This document shows, one piece after another, positions 1 to 13,954 of a DNA stretch of 64,000 bases. Source of the stretch: Eledone cirrhosa (taxonomy: Eukaryota); assembly GCA_964016885.1 (NCBI GenBank), contig CAXHJY010001642.1, positions 1 to 64,000 on the forward strand, in the 5' to 3' direction. A model generated the notes under the pieces. The model saw nothing but the letters and a program-made list of their open reading frames with translations. It was not told the DNA's origin and searched no databases. How positions within the stretch are numbered: the first letter of the stretch is position 1; every line of letters begins with the position of its first letter. The translations under genes were made by a program, and so were the position numbers.

Positions 1-55
1 ATGTGTGTGTGGTGTGTGTGGTGTGGTGTGGTGTGGTGTGTGGTGGTGGTGGTAG

Positions 56-132
<77 letters not shown>

Positions 133-164
133 TGTATGTGTATGTGTATGTGTGTGTGTATGTG

Positions 165-3100
165 TGTAGTTTTCGTGTGATTCAACCAATAAACACAGCA
201 GTTTACCGACTAAAAAAAATAATTTTTGTCAATAACATTTACACCTAACGGCCGATTTCCTTCAAATTCGGAACACACATTCATTATCTTCCCGACTTCA
301 TTTTGGATTCAGTACATTTTGTCTAGTGCACCCACTGGACGAGATATAACAAATAAGAAAAGCCGCATCGTTATAACGCCTCCAGTTTGCGACTGCATCC
401 TACCTTTCCCCTTCACTGGAAGTCCACGCTACATGCATGAGAGAACTCAGGATGCGATGAAATATGTACGTCATTACGGCAGGCCTGATCTGTTTATAAC
501 TTTCACTTGTAATCCTAAATGGAAGGAGATTGAGGCAGAACTCTTCCTCGGTCAACAGGTCAAAGACAGACATGACCTCCTAGCCCGAGTCTTTCGACTG
601 AAGTTAATCAACCTTATGGACCTCATCAAGAAAGGGAAAGTCTTTCGACCTGTACAATGTCACATGTACACAATCGAATGGCAGAAAAGGGGCCTTCCAC
701 ATGATCACATTCTGATTTGGTTATCAACCAAGATAAATTCCAATGACATTGACAAGATAATCTCTGCAGAGCTTCCCGACCCATCCAGCGACAAAGACCT
801 CTACGATATAGTGAAGACAAACATGGTACATAGTCCATGTGGACGTGGCTTCAATCTAAGCTCGCCCTGTTTGAAAGACAATGTGTGCACCAAAAGGTTT
901 CCCAGGAAGTTCCTTATGTAAACCCAGGCTGGTATTGATGGATATCCATTATACAGACGACGGAAACCAGAAGATGGCGGTTTTACAGCAATGGATTGTT
1001 CTGTACTGCCCACTCATATCCAAAACATTCAGCGCCCAAATCAATGTCGAGTTTTGCAATTTTGTCAAGTCTATCAAGTACATATGTAAGTATGTAAATA
1101 AGGGTACCGATGCTGCTATGTTTGGCCTTCAACAGGAAAACAGCCGGGATGGAGTAACACAGTACCAGGTCGGACGTTGCATGAGCAGAAATGGGGCTTT
1201 CTGGCGTATTTTCGGCTTCTCTTTACACCAAAGGCACCCTTCTATCGAGCAGCTTGCATTACACATGGAAAATGGTCAAAGGGTTTACTTCCCCGATTCC
1301 AATGCTGCTTAGTTGGCAGAGGAACCAAGGCAAACCACACTTACTGCCTTCTTCAAGCTTTGTCAAGTCGATCCATTCGCCCAAACCTTGCTATATCCTC
1401 AGGTGCCGTCCTACTATACATGGAATAAAAGAAAATGGGTTCTAAGAAAGGCAGGTCAAGCTGTTGATGGACATCCTGGCATTAAGTTTGACAATTGCTT
1501 TGGGAGAGTTTACACAGTGCATCCCAGCCATCACGAGTGGTTCTATCTCATCTGCTACTGCATGAGGTCAGATGACCACGATCTTTCAAGCACCTAAGAA
1601 CTGTTGACGGGTATGTGTGTGCCACATACAGGGAAGCATACTTTAAACATAGTATGTTAGAAGATGGTGCACAGTGGGATGCAACTTTGTCAGAGGCTGC
1701 TGTATCACAAACACCAAAATGTCTCAGGGCTTTATTTGCATTATTGTTGCAAACATGTGAAATGTGTAATCCTTCGTATTTGTGGTTCAAGTACAGAGAT
1801 GATCTTTCTGAGGATTTTAAACATCTGGCACAACTGCAGTACCCTGACATGGAAGGTACTAGCGATAAAGTCTACAACAGAGCAGTCATTGATATAGAAG
1901 ACAGGATTGTTTCACTCGGTGGAAATGATTTGCCCACATATGGCCTGCCCCAAACATTCCGAACAGGGTCGAACGTACATCCTACAGCCATTCCACGAGA
2001 AACATCCTACGGCATTGATGCTCTTTCCCAATATGTTATCGACACTGAACCACAACTACTTCCGGACCAACAACGGGCTTACAGTACTATTGTCGACAAT
2101 GTGCGCCACCAAAAAGGAGGTATCTTCTTCCTGGATGCACATGCAGGGACAGGACAAACTTTTGTAACGAAGCTCCTCCTTGTAAAAGTTCGGCTGCATA
2201 GGGATATCGCGGTAGCTGTTGCCTCCTCTGGGATTGCTGCTACTTTGCTGCCCGGTGGCAGGACAGAGCACTCGACTTTTAAACTCCCCCTGAATTTAAC
2301 AACATCTGAAACACCTGCAACATCAGTAAAAGCTCAGACCAGGGTCAAGTCCTCAAACGGTGTCATCTCACTGTGTGGGGTGAGTGCACCGTGGCCCACA
2401 AAGGAGCTCTGGAAGCAGTAGATAGAACCCTTAAAGATATCAGAGATTGTCATGCTCCAATGGGAGGTGTAACGCTTCTGCTGTCTGGTGATTTCAGACA
2501 GACACTTCTCATCATTTCCAAAGGCACCAGGGCAGATGAAGTCCAGGCATGCCTTAAATCCTCTCCATTGTGGTGACACCTTACGACCCTGACTCTTACC
2601 ACTAACATGAGAGCTCAACTACATGGTGACCACATGTCTGCCAGGTTTGCACAGGACATTTTGACACTTGGCGATGGCAAGATGCCTCTCGACGTTGCCG
2701 GAGAAATGGACGTCTGGCCATTTTGTACCATTGTTAATTCTGTGGAGGAGCTGAAAGACCAAGTGCTTCCGAACTTGACAGAAAATTACTAAAGTCACAA
2801 TTGGCTATGCGAAAGAGCAATAACGGCTCCAAAAAACATTGCTGCTAATAAACTCAACGAACAGTTAATGCTGTCTCTTCCAGGAAATCTTCACACTTAC
2901 AAGTCTGTCAACACAATCCCGGATCACAATGAAGTGGTGAACTATCCTCCAGAATTTCTCAATTCATTGGAGGCTCCCGGACTACCTCCCTACATATTAG
3001 GACTTAAAGTTGGAACTCCTGTAATGCTGCTTAGGAATCTAGATCCGCCAAGACTGTGCAATGGGACACGACTGGTGGTAAAGAAAATGATGTCACATGT

Positions 3101-4663
3101 TATCCAGGCAACAATTCTTTCTAGATGTGGAAAAGGTGATGACGTCTTCATTCCGAGAATCCCTCTCATTCCATCGGGAGCAGAAATTCCCTTTTCATTC
3201 AGACGTCTGCAATTTTCAATTCGTGTCAGCTTTGCATTGCCCATTAATAAATCCCAAGGTCAGACCCTGTCCGTGGTCAGACTTCTCTTGGAAAGGACAT
3301 ATTTCTCACACGGACAATTGTATGTTGGGTATTCCCGAATGGTAAGCAGAGTAAACCTTTTCGCATTTGCACGGCGCGGAAAAACAAAACATTGTTTACA
3401 ACGAGGTGTTATAATAAAAAAAATACGAGGAGGTAGGTAAGTATTTACCTTTTATTGCACAACCCTGATTATTTCTTATTTCCCTTGCTAACCAAAATCA
3501 GTTTCTTTTGTCTTACGTAAAAGCCGTCAAAGAAGAGATGCTACTGATTCGTAGTTATCTGTATGTAATGAATAAAATAGATGACTCAATGGCTACTGAC
3601 TTATTCCATCCTAGCACTTCTTCTCATTTGGGTTTTTCCTACCAGTCTCGAGCAACGCCGGGATTCACCTTCGTACGAACTCGTTACATTTTCAAATTTG
3701 TGTCTACTGAGCCCTCTACAAGAGAAAACCCGACTTAAAAAAATCATTTGTGTAAATAACTTCTACAGTTTACATCCGATTTCCTTCAAATTTGGAACAA
3801 ACATGCATTATGCTCCCGACTTTATTTTGGACTCATAACATTTTGTTTAGTGCCCCCCTCCCTGGACTAGAAAAAACGAATCGAAAAAATCCGCATCGTT
3901 ATAACGCCTACAGTTTGCGACCGATTTCCTTCAAATTTGGAACTATGCCTCATGTACTAAACATTATTTTGGACTAACCGATTTTTCGAGTTGTTATCTA
4001 ATTCGGGCCCTGTGAGAGAAAAACTAAATAAAAAAAAAGTATCGATGTCAATATCTACACATACAGATATGTGATGTGAGACGGGTGTGTGTGAATGTAT
4101 GTCTGTGTGTGTCTGTCTTAGTATATGTATGTGAGTGTATGTGAGAGTGTGTGTGAGTGTATGTGAGAGTGTATATGTGTGTGAGTGTGTGTGTGATAAT
4201 TTTTATTTTAACGTTAGGCCTCAGAGAATTAAACACACACATATATATAGCGTCAGTAAGTTGCATACACATTATCTTCAAACACAGACAATTAAACACA
4301 CATCTACACATACATATACATATGTGGTGACTGACAAGTTATAGGTTTGCGTGAATGTATGTCTGTGTGTGTCTGTCTTAGTATATGTATATGAGAGTGT
4401 ATGTGTGTGAGTGTGTAGCAACAATTTCTTCATTTGGACAGCACCAAAAAATTACACAATGAATATTGTTTACCCTAAGGTGGTTCAAGATTGACAGATT
4501 TCCATTTCTAAATTCTATTATCATTACAATTTTGATATTTAAAAAAATAAAGTATAGATATTTTGAAATAATTATGAGGAAAAAAAGCATATCTTCATAT
4601 TTATTGTTTACTAATCTGAATAAGAACAGCAGTAACCGGGGCAACGCCGGGTAATTCAGCTAA
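165..4663 (+). mobile_element. Degenerate Helitron (5' boundary approximate)
   Basis: Contains the RepHel remnant. Subrepeats CCGATTTCCTTCAAAT occur at ~252, ~3776 and ~3921. The 3' end has hairpin CCGG-GGCAACG-CCGG (4636-4650) followed by CTAA (CTRR) at 4660-4663. Confidence 0.75.
380..3440 (+). pseudogene. Helitron Rep (HUH endonuclease)/PIF1-like helicase, frameshifted and with stops
   Basis: Rep motifs FTGSPRYM, PDLFITFTCNPKW, EWQKRGLPHxHIL and YICKYVNKG. Helicase motifs FFLDAHAGTGQTF (Walker A K>Q), VASSGIAATLLPGGRT, GDFRQ, NKSQGQ and FSHGQLYV. Spread over at least 7 ORF pieces. Confidence 0.95.
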
Positions 4664-4730
4664 TATATTATAAAGTAAAATGACAGGAGGCCAAATATGT
4701 TGAATTTCCTTAATTATTTATTTCTGCAAA

Positions 4731-4775
4731 CACTATGCACATTTCAGTGGCCAGGTTGCGTGACATCTTCAGGTG
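4731..4775 (-). ncRNA. Possible degenerate hammerhead ribozyme
   Basis: CAC-CUGAAGA-(poor stem II)-GAAA-UGUGCA-UA-GUG. A 13-bp tandem duplication overlaps the core. Confidence 0.35.
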
Positions 4776-5015
4776 ACATCTTCAGGTGTGAATTGCGTAA
4801 TAGATGTATATAAACGGAATGATGGTAAACCCACTCCAAGAGGCAAAGAAAAAAAACAGAGACGAAAAGAAAAGTATGTTTATGTTTTTGACCCAGAGAT
4901 GAACGAAGCAGCATGTTATAATGCCCCGTAGTCTCAGAGTACTTTTCTCATATTACATCATAATTAACATTGCAGAATGAAATTCTACCCAGTGGCAAAC
5001 TACCAAATTTAAACG

Positions 5016-5293
<278 letters not shown>

Positions 5294-5371
5294 AATATAC
5301 ACTGCTGTGCGCCAGCATCGCGTGCTCAACTGGCATATCGCCTACGGACGCATTTACCTGCAACCTGAAGC

Positions 5372-5429
<58 letters not shown>

Positions 5430-5431
<2 letters not shown>

Positions 5432-5838
5432 TGGTTGCCAACTCGATTTCGAGTACGGCCACTACTTTATATCCATGTAGGAGAACCCCTACCGATGCGC
5501 TGAACGAGTGTGACTTTTTAGTCCAGCCAGCGACTTGAAAACTCTGGTACAAACACTACACTTGTGACAATTATTGACACATAGTGCTGGGCCCATGGTA
5601 CCATGTGACAACAAGTGCAGAGAGATTTTCAGATATAAAGCAATGCCTGTGCCGTGAAGCTTTTAGGGTGAGCAAAAGCACTGCACAAAGCCAGTCCCAC
5701 TCTCTTAACCAAGATGATATTTACCAAAAAGAAGAACAAGTCAACATCATTGGATATCATCAGGGTTGCAGGTGTTATATCAGAGTTTTCCTTCTCCTAG
5801 AATTCTGCCTTGACAAAGGCTAAGGGGTCATCTATACA

Positions 5839-5841
<3 letters not shown>
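5430..5841 (-). mobile_element. Interspersed element with a C2H2 zinc-finger remnant (probable 5' part of a non-LTR retrotransposon), flanked by (TA)n
   Basis: Related copies at 13608-13908, 14398-14673 and 26417-26845 (+). Encodes CSVCTRVFKSLAGLKSHTRSAH (C-x2-C-x12-H-x4-H). Confidence 0.6.
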
Positions 5842-5874
<33 letters not shown>

Positions 5875-5943
5875 TACATATATATATACAGTATATATAA
5901 ATAGGATTTCGCTTCAAGCATAGCTTTATACAGATATGTATAG

Positions 5944-6244
5944 AAATTTCGTATTTCTAAAGAAACACGGTTTTAGGAAGCCGTAGCTATGCAAACACCG
6001 GGGCCAACGCCCTCTGGTGGTGTCCAGCCATCTGGTTTACACAGACGAGAAAACTATATATTCTCAACTGTTTTCAAGTCCAGCAGTTGCAAGCGGGGGG
6101 CGTCCTGAGGAAGGCCAGTCCAGCCTGAAATGCATAGACGGGTTGTCCCCTTTGCTTCTGCTGGACACCACCAGAGAGCGTTAGCCCCGGTGTTGGCATA
6201 GCTACGGCTTCCTAAAATCGTGTTTCTTTAGAAATACGAAATTT
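5944..6244 (+). mobile_element. Short HHR-bearing PLE-like insert with an inverted copy of its 3' end
   Basis: Inverted arms of ~85 bp (5944-6028 / 6160-6244) surround a hammerhead; (TA)n follows. Confidence 0.8.
6101..6140 (+). ncRNA. Minimal type I hammerhead ribozyme
   Basis: CGUC-CUGAGGA-AGGC/CAGUCCA/GCCU-GAAA-UGCA-UA^GACG. Palindromic stem III (AUGCAU). Confidence 0.9.
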
Positions 6245-6262
6245 ATATATATATATATATAT

Positions 6263-6332
<70 letters not shown>

Positions 6333-6434
6333 GAATGAATTTGGAAAGTGTGACACCAAGAAAAGCGACCAAGTGCATATTGGTGGGTGATACAGTTACA
6401 ACAACAACGATAAATAAGGGAAGAGTAATTGAAA

Positions 6435-6893
6435 TATATATATATATTAATCAACTACCATCACGAGTGCTAATAATATGCGAATCACCATGTCCGTTTC
6501 AAGGTACGACTCTCAGTAATAGAGTGCATAAGCTCTTCGATTACATATTTCCTTGAGGTTATTTAGATAATATACATACATTCTGATGAAAAACTAACTA
6601 GGTTTGAAAATAGATTAACGGTATTTATCATATTTTCAATTTACAATGAAATGCGTATATATGCAAAATATACGGATTTCATTGTAAATTGAAAATATGA
6701 TAAATACCGTTAATCTATTTTCAAACCTAGTTAGTTTTTCATCAGAATGTATGTATATTATCTAAATAACCTCAAGGAAATATGTAATCGAAGGGCTTAT
6801 GCACTCTATTACTGAGAGTCGTACCTTGAAACGGACATGGTGATTCGCATATTATTAGCACTCGTGATGGTAGTTGATTAATATATATATATA
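6435..6893. repeat. Near-perfect ~460-bp palindrome between (TA)n tracts, with convergent HHR motifs (6576-6624 +, 6704-6752 -)
   Basis: The arms are reverse complements, so the ORF track shows the same peptide on both strands. Motif CUGAUGA-AAAAC..GUUU-GAAA-AUAGAU-UA; stem I has 2 mismatches. Confidence 0.85.
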
Positions 6894-6894
6894 T

Positions 6895-7210
6895 TAAATT
6901 GACTCTATTCTGCATATATACAGATTTAACTTTATCATATATCCCGGTTGATTTGCGCACAGCTTAATATATAATTGTAAATACAAGTTTCTAAAAGCCT
7001 TCGCCTCCCTGCGGACAACTGACGCTGCACACCAGGTCCGAACACGGAAGAGCCGAACTCCCAATGTCATCATCTCCATCTCTCTCGTCCTCCCCATCTC
7101 TCTGTATTATGAGCTAATGGGTTCTACGTGCTGGCTACCCCACGGACCCGGCGAACAGAATGGAGAAGGCGTTTCCCTGGAGGATGGTAAGGGAGAAGCG
7201 CTAAACAGAG
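6895..7210 (-). mobile_element. 3' end of a CRE-like (restriction-like endonuclease, REL) non-LTR retrotransposon
   Basis: Minus strand gives RFSLTILQGNAFSIL, similar to the C-terminal FQRxSIAxQRGNA motif. Homologous to 33040-33290. Confidence 0.6.
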
Positions 7211-7969
7211 AACTAGTCATTAGAGTTGTCAAACATAATATATACTAGATTTATCAGCCGTATTTTAAACAAAAAGCATTAAATTATTTTTGTATATGAT
7301 GTTTTTCATAGTTTCGTATTCTAGTATCCTTATAAAATCAGACAATATTAAGTTTCTTATGGGACATGAATTACTTCTGCAAACTGTAGGCATAGTAAAC
7401 AGAGATGTGGTAATGGCATTTACTTGGATTAATGAAAGAAGTGCGGTTGTTACTGTTTATATTTAATTCCAGGTCAGATTTCATTGTGTGAGCATGTGAC
7501 CAAGGATGTCTTGACAAATTAGAATATCTATTTTATTAACAAGTTTCTATTTCTATTTAGCCCCAGGTTAAACATAATCGCACATGTTATTAAAGGCGTT
7601 TTTGTTATGCATAAAATATTTAAGGTGTGATTTAAGAAAGATTTCGTCGGTGTTTCTAGAAAAACGAACGAGAATGTAGAATGAGCAGCTTTTTCAAGAA
7701 TGCAAGAATGAGCAACACATTTTCTTGTTTTTCTACAAAGGAATTATGTGTATCTCATTGACCACTGATCCCATAATTCCTGATGGAGTCAGAGGCGCTG
7801 TCATACAGCATGTCTTGGTCATTTTAAGAAAGGTAATGGCCAACCTTCAGCTTTTGACCATAACCAATTTCTTCTGGAAGAAGAGTGCTAGGTAGAGAGA
7901 TATACACCTACTGAATTTAGGTATGGAATGTTCGTTCCTTTTCATTTTTATATATACCTAGACATTTGC

Positions 7970-8005
<36 letters not shown>

Positions 8006-8009
<4 letters not shown>

Positions 8010-8665
8010 GGAAAAAATGAAACGAAATTTCATTTCCCACTCTTAGTACGGCTGTTATTTAAATATAAGTATGTACACATACATACATATATGTATACAG
8101 ACGTACAGTAGTATGTATATATATATACATACATGAACACATATATATATATGTACGTATGGATTCACCGAACATTTATTATAATGCTCGGTGTGTTTGT
8201 AAACAAACATCCCGCATTAAGCCGTAGTGTCTAGCAACCATCGTTGCTCGTTTGTTCAACGTACTAAGAGTGGGAAATGAAATTTCGTTTCATTTTTTCC
8301 GTTTATCGTTTTCGGTGCACCCGGCCGATTAACCCACTCGATATGCAAATTGGACTACTGAGCCGTTAATATGCATAAGGTAAGTATATACGTTCAACAA
8401 TCTGGCAGGAAGGTATACGTTGGTGAAGATAGCTAATAAGCTTGAAACTAGTACAGCGTTCCTTTGTCAGTGTTGAACAAACGAGCAACGATGGTTGCTA
8501 GACACTACGGCTTAATACGGGATGTTTGTTTACAAACACACCGAGCATTATAATAAATGTTCGGTGAATCCATATGTACATATATATATGTGTGCATGTA
8601 TGTATATATATATACATACTACTGTACGTCTGTATACATATATGTATGTACGTGTACATACTTAT
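8006..8665. mobile_element. Retrozyme-like family C insert (inverted plus head-to-tail); HHR at 8418-8458 has C3G
   Basis: Homologous to 9239-10225, 26847-28150 and 56975-57470. Core reads GUGAAGA. Confidence 0.8.
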
Positions 8666-8724
8666 ATATATATATACATATATATATATGTGGGAAAAAC
8701 CACAAACCCTCCATCTCAACTCTA

Positions 8725-8760
8725 CTTTTGAAAAGCAGAAGAACTGAGAAACCGGTAAAG
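8725..8760 (+). ncRNA. Minimal hammerhead with U3:A8 core
   Basis: CUU-UUGAAAA-G CAG/AAGAA/CUG A-GAAA-CCGG-UA^AAG. Confidence 0.55.
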
Positions 8761-8997
8761 GAACCAAATAAATATATATATTTAAAAAAAAAATAAGACT
8801 CCAGTTGCATTTTCGATTTCATCTTCTTTTCTTTATACTTCCACTCGTGTAGGACACCTCGGTTATTTTTCATTTTGTAAAAAAAGTCTCACTTTCTAAT
8901 ATATATATATATACACACATACATACATATATATATATATATATATGATTCGATTGTTCATCTGCTATAGTGTAGCTACAACTTCGGTTATACTCAT

Positions 8998-9120
<123 letters not shown>

Positions 9121-9477
9121 TATATATATATTGTTATACAAGTATAACAATATTTGTTTCGACACGCGATTTCATATCAAAAACCTTGCAAAACAAATTC
9201 ATTGCCGTCGTTATATATATATATATATATATATATATAAGTATGCATGTATACGTACATACATATATGTATACAGACGTACAGTAGCATGCACATATAT
9301 ATATATATATACATATATACATACATATGCATACAGGTACACATACATATATGCACGTATCAGTTTAGCGGCGCTAACGTCGCTTTGTTCGTTTGTAAAC
9401 AAACTGAACAGCCTGAATTTATGCCATACGGTGTTAAGGCAACCACGTCACCTTTTTGTTCAACACTGACACAGGAA

Positions 9478-9518
9478 CGATGTACTAGTTTCAAGCTTGT
9501 TAGCTATCATCAGCACCG
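9478..9518 (-). ncRNA. Minimal hammerhead (family C)
   Basis: Reverse complement of 9881-9921. Confidence 0.85.
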
Positions 9519-9880
9519 TTTACCCATCTGCCAGATAGTTGAACGTTCGAAAGTATACACTTTACTTATGAAAATTAACGGCTGAGCAGCCTAATTTGCA
9601 TATTGAGTGAGTTAAATCGGTCAGGCATACCGAAAACGATAAATTGAAACCGTTTTCGGTATGCCTGACCGATTTAACGTATACATGCATACTTACATTT
9701 AAGTAAGTGCCATACTAAGAGTGAGAAATGAAATTTCGTTTTCATTTTGTTTCAATTTATCGTTTTCGGTATGCCTGACCGATTTAACTCACTCAATATG
9801 CAAATTAGGCTGCTCAGCCGTTAATTTTCATAAGTAAAGTGTATACTTTCGAACGTTCAACTATCTGGCAGATGGGTAAA

Positions 9881-9921
9881 CGGTGCTGATGATAGCTAAC
9901 AAGCTTGAAACTAGTACATCG
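9881..9921 (+). ncRNA. Minimal hammerhead (family C)
   Basis: CGGUG-CUGAUGA-U AGCU/AACA/AGCU U-GAAA-CUAG-UA^CAUCG. Confidence 0.85.
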
Positions 9922-10320
9922 TTCCTGTGTCAGTGTTGAACAAAAAGGTGACGTGGTTGCCTTAACACCGTATGGCATAAATTCAGGCTGTTCAGTTTGT
10001 TTACAAACGAACAAAGCGACGTTAGCGCCGCTAAACTGATACGTGCATATATGTATGTGTACCTGTATGCATATGTATGTATATATGTATATATATATAT
10101 ATATGTGCATGCTACTGTACGTCTGTATACATATATGTATGTACGTATACATGCATACTTACATTTAAGTAAGTGCCATACTAAGAGTGAGAAATGAAAT
10201 TTCGTTTTCATTTTGTTTCAATTTATATATATATATATATATATATACCCCTGGCTTAGTAAATATGTAATGAGTCATGATTTTCCAACAAAGAAATGGT
10301 AGTATTTATTTACATGTATA

Positions 10321-10387
<67 letters not shown>

Positions 10388-10992
10388 ATATATATATATA
10401 TATATGCATGTATGTATATATCTTTGTCTAATTCCACATTATAGCAAATAAATACGGTCGCATTTAGATTTATCCACTGATATGTGGGTGTCTGCAAAAT
10501 ATATATATAAATTTGTATACACAGGTATACATTCATATATAAACGATTTGCACATATACATACATATATGTTTAAAAGTAATTATTCATACATGCAATTC
10601 AATGTCTATAGTTGCAGTAGTGTTTCTGAGAAAGAGAGATAGATAGATAGATAGAGAGAAGTGTAAGAGCTTGTGTGGTTTTGTTCGAGGAGTTGGCGGT
10701 GACCACAAGCTTTGGAAAACTTTGCGAGCCAATCTGATAGGAAATCATTCACCAGACTGTAACTTTCTCCCTTGTGTGCTGTGTGCTATTGTAGAACACA
10801 GGGCCTTTGTTGACAATGTTAATGTGGTTCTCTATAGGATATATTTAGGAAAAAGGTGAGAAACGAGTAAATTGATACACAGATATTAAAAGCATCGTAA
10901 AGTGTTAGAGAGAAACAACAACAATCAGACTGAAATAATGGCTGTTTTACAAAGCACACCCTCACATAGACACGCGCACATATCTATCTATC

Positions 10993-11385
<393 letters not shown>

Positions 11386-11951
11386 TCTGTGTGCTTGTGT
11401 ATATGCATACAAAAATATGTATATTTGTTTATATACAAAGGTGATTGCCGATGTATATCGGGAGGTGACCACTGTTAAAAACGGTACTTAATACGTTAGT
11501 ATACGATAGGCATATTTAGTTGTTTTTATACAATCGTTTCATTCGTAAGAAATGATTAGGTATGCCAGGCAATTTTTGTCAGCTTCAGTAGTTAGAGTTT
11601 CTTTGGTGTGGGTGTTAAGAGGAGTGAGTGAAGGAAATGGGTTGATAGTGGGGGATGGATAGAAAGAGAAGGATGTGGTGTAGTAGGCAGTGGGGTAAAG
11701 TTGAATCAGATGGAGGGCGAAATAATAGAAAGAGAAGGGGGAGGAGGGGAGGAGGGGAGGAGAATAATAATAATAATAATAATAATAAGAAGAAGAAGAA
11801 GAAAGAAAGAAGTAGGCGTTAATAGAGAGCGAGGAGATAAATAAGAAAGGGAAAGAAAAGGTGTGGGTGAAAGGTAATGTGTTAGAAATATATATCTGAA
11901 AGTGCATGTTTATAAATACACACGTGTATATGTGAAGTAAGAGTTTGTCTC

Positions 11952-12103
<152 letters not shown>

Positions 12104-12375
12104 TATATATATATATGTGAAATATGTGAGTCCCGGTTCAATACTCAATACATTAGTTAAGTCTTTACAACAAATTTATTGTAGAAATGGCGGCTTCTAC
12201 AGGACTAGAACACACACACACACACACACACACCCACATTGCTATGGAATGCGGATAAGAATCCAGCGTTTTGTGATTGATCCTTCATGTCAGAGAAACT
12301 GTTATTTCAAAATTTGAAACTTTGTTTGATCCCGAAATAGCAGAAACTTTTAATCTCTCTTTCACACACACACAT

Positions 12376-12410
<35 letters not shown>

Positions 12411-12720
12411 CACTCGCGCCCGCACACACACACAGACATGCACGCGCGTGCACACACACACACTTATATATCGCCGCTTATCTTTGTGGTTAGACAGTTC
12501 GGATCCCGATGAGAGTTCGATTCATTGCGGGACATTGTGTCCTTCAGCAATATATTTTATTTTATGTTGCCTCAATCCACTCGGCTGGTAAAAAAAACCA
12601 GTCGTACCTGTAATTCTAAGGACCAGATTCGGTACACATCATGTGTCATGATCTGTTTCCCTATCACAAACTACATTAAGTTTACACGTGTTTATGGACG
12701 TGACCACAGCGTTGCGAATA

Positions 12721-12874
12721 TCCTTCCTGGAGTGCATTGAAGCATGCTGCAAAAAAGGACGGGAAAGTGCGTTAGAGTCGAGGGGGATTTTTTCGAAGAG
12801 GTAAAATTGTAGTTTGTAATTTGGATTTGAAATATCTTTTTGCGATCCCTGTCATGTTTTCTGACACATCTCGT
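12721..12874 (+). mobile_element. Mariner transposase 3' remnant with a degenerate TIR
   Basis: Translates to KCVRVEGDFFEE (similar to WxKCVxxxGDYFE). Ends ...TTCTGACACATCTCGT. Confidence 0.6.
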
Positions 12875-13136
12875 TTATGTTTGTATATATATATTATTAC
12901 GTAATATTTCCACGATGGTCCAGGTAATTGTCAAAAATTTTCCTGAGTCGGTTTTTTTCGTTGTTCTGGTACTAACGGCTCGCATGCCGGTCGCTGTCTT
13001 CAATTTGCATAGCTGTCTAAACGTAATGTTATAACACTAAGGTAACATTCCTTATAGAGTGCTTTTGGCTGCACTTTCCGACTGTATTCGTTAGCTTGCC
13101 CGCAACGAGAGCTTCGATTATGCTGTACTACCTTCT

Positions 13137-13176
<40 letters not shown>

Positions 13177-13330
13177 GAGCTATTTAATTGTAAGAAACTA
13201 TTTTTAGGCTACTATTTTTAGCGGCATAGGTTTTCGAGACACGCTAGGCTCTGAAGACATGTTCGTTATTTCATATCGCACACAATTCAGTCTTCTAAGA
13301 TTTTTAGAAGTGGAAGGATCGCTAATTTTT

Positions 13331-13412
13331 ACACCTACTGATGAACAGAGAGTTGGTGATGCCTTCGCTTAATAATAATTTTGCGGAACAGTTTCTACAA
13401 CTGTCTAGGTGT
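13331..13412 (+). ncRNA. Degenerate hammerhead (family E; GAAA>GGAA)
   Basis: ACACCUA-CUGAUGA-...-GGAA-CAGUU/AACUG-UC^UAGGUGU. Homologue of 61668-61747. Confidence 0.7.
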
Positions 13413-13904
13413 TTTCAAGGAGTTGCCCAATATAGGTTTGTTATTCTTTTTCTTAATTTACTACTTTGAATTAAGTCTGGCAAACCATAATGTTATAGTT
13501 AGTATTTTTTTCACTCTAGCAACACTGGTCCTTTACAATTCGAACACATGTAAGTTTATATTTGCGTTTATCTCTCCTGTATATTCAACTATGTATATAT
13601 ATATATATGGTGGCTGCAAACTCTGCAAAGAGTATTGCAATCGCTTGTCAGATTACAGAAAATGGTGCACCTTTAGGCTACAGCCAGCTACATGTATCTG
13701 TAACATATATTGAACAAGCAATGCCTGTGATTTGAAGGTTTTTTAAGTGGGGAAAGGCCTTGCACTCGACTAACCCCACTTTCTGAGCATCGAAAACACT
13801 ACCCAAAAAAGGAGAACTGGTCAACATCATCGGATGCTTCCGAAGCCGCGGTTTTTTTTCTGAGTTTCCCTCTCATAGAAAGGTGTTGTAACAACAACTA
13901 GGGG

Positions 13905-13952
<48 letters not shown>

Positions 13953-13954
<2 letters not shown>

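Larger units (their letters stand above)
9239..10225. mobile_element. Retrozyme-like family C fold-back insert with ~412-bp arms (9239-9650 / 9749-10160)
   Basis: Identical ORFs on opposite strands (9247..9585 and 9814..10152). Head-to-tail period 466 bp. (TA)n on both sides. Confidence 0.9.

Noticed and set aside
9247-10152. Identical 112-aa ORFs on opposite strands
   Set aside because: A by-product of the inverted repeat. The frame is not conserved in other family C copies.
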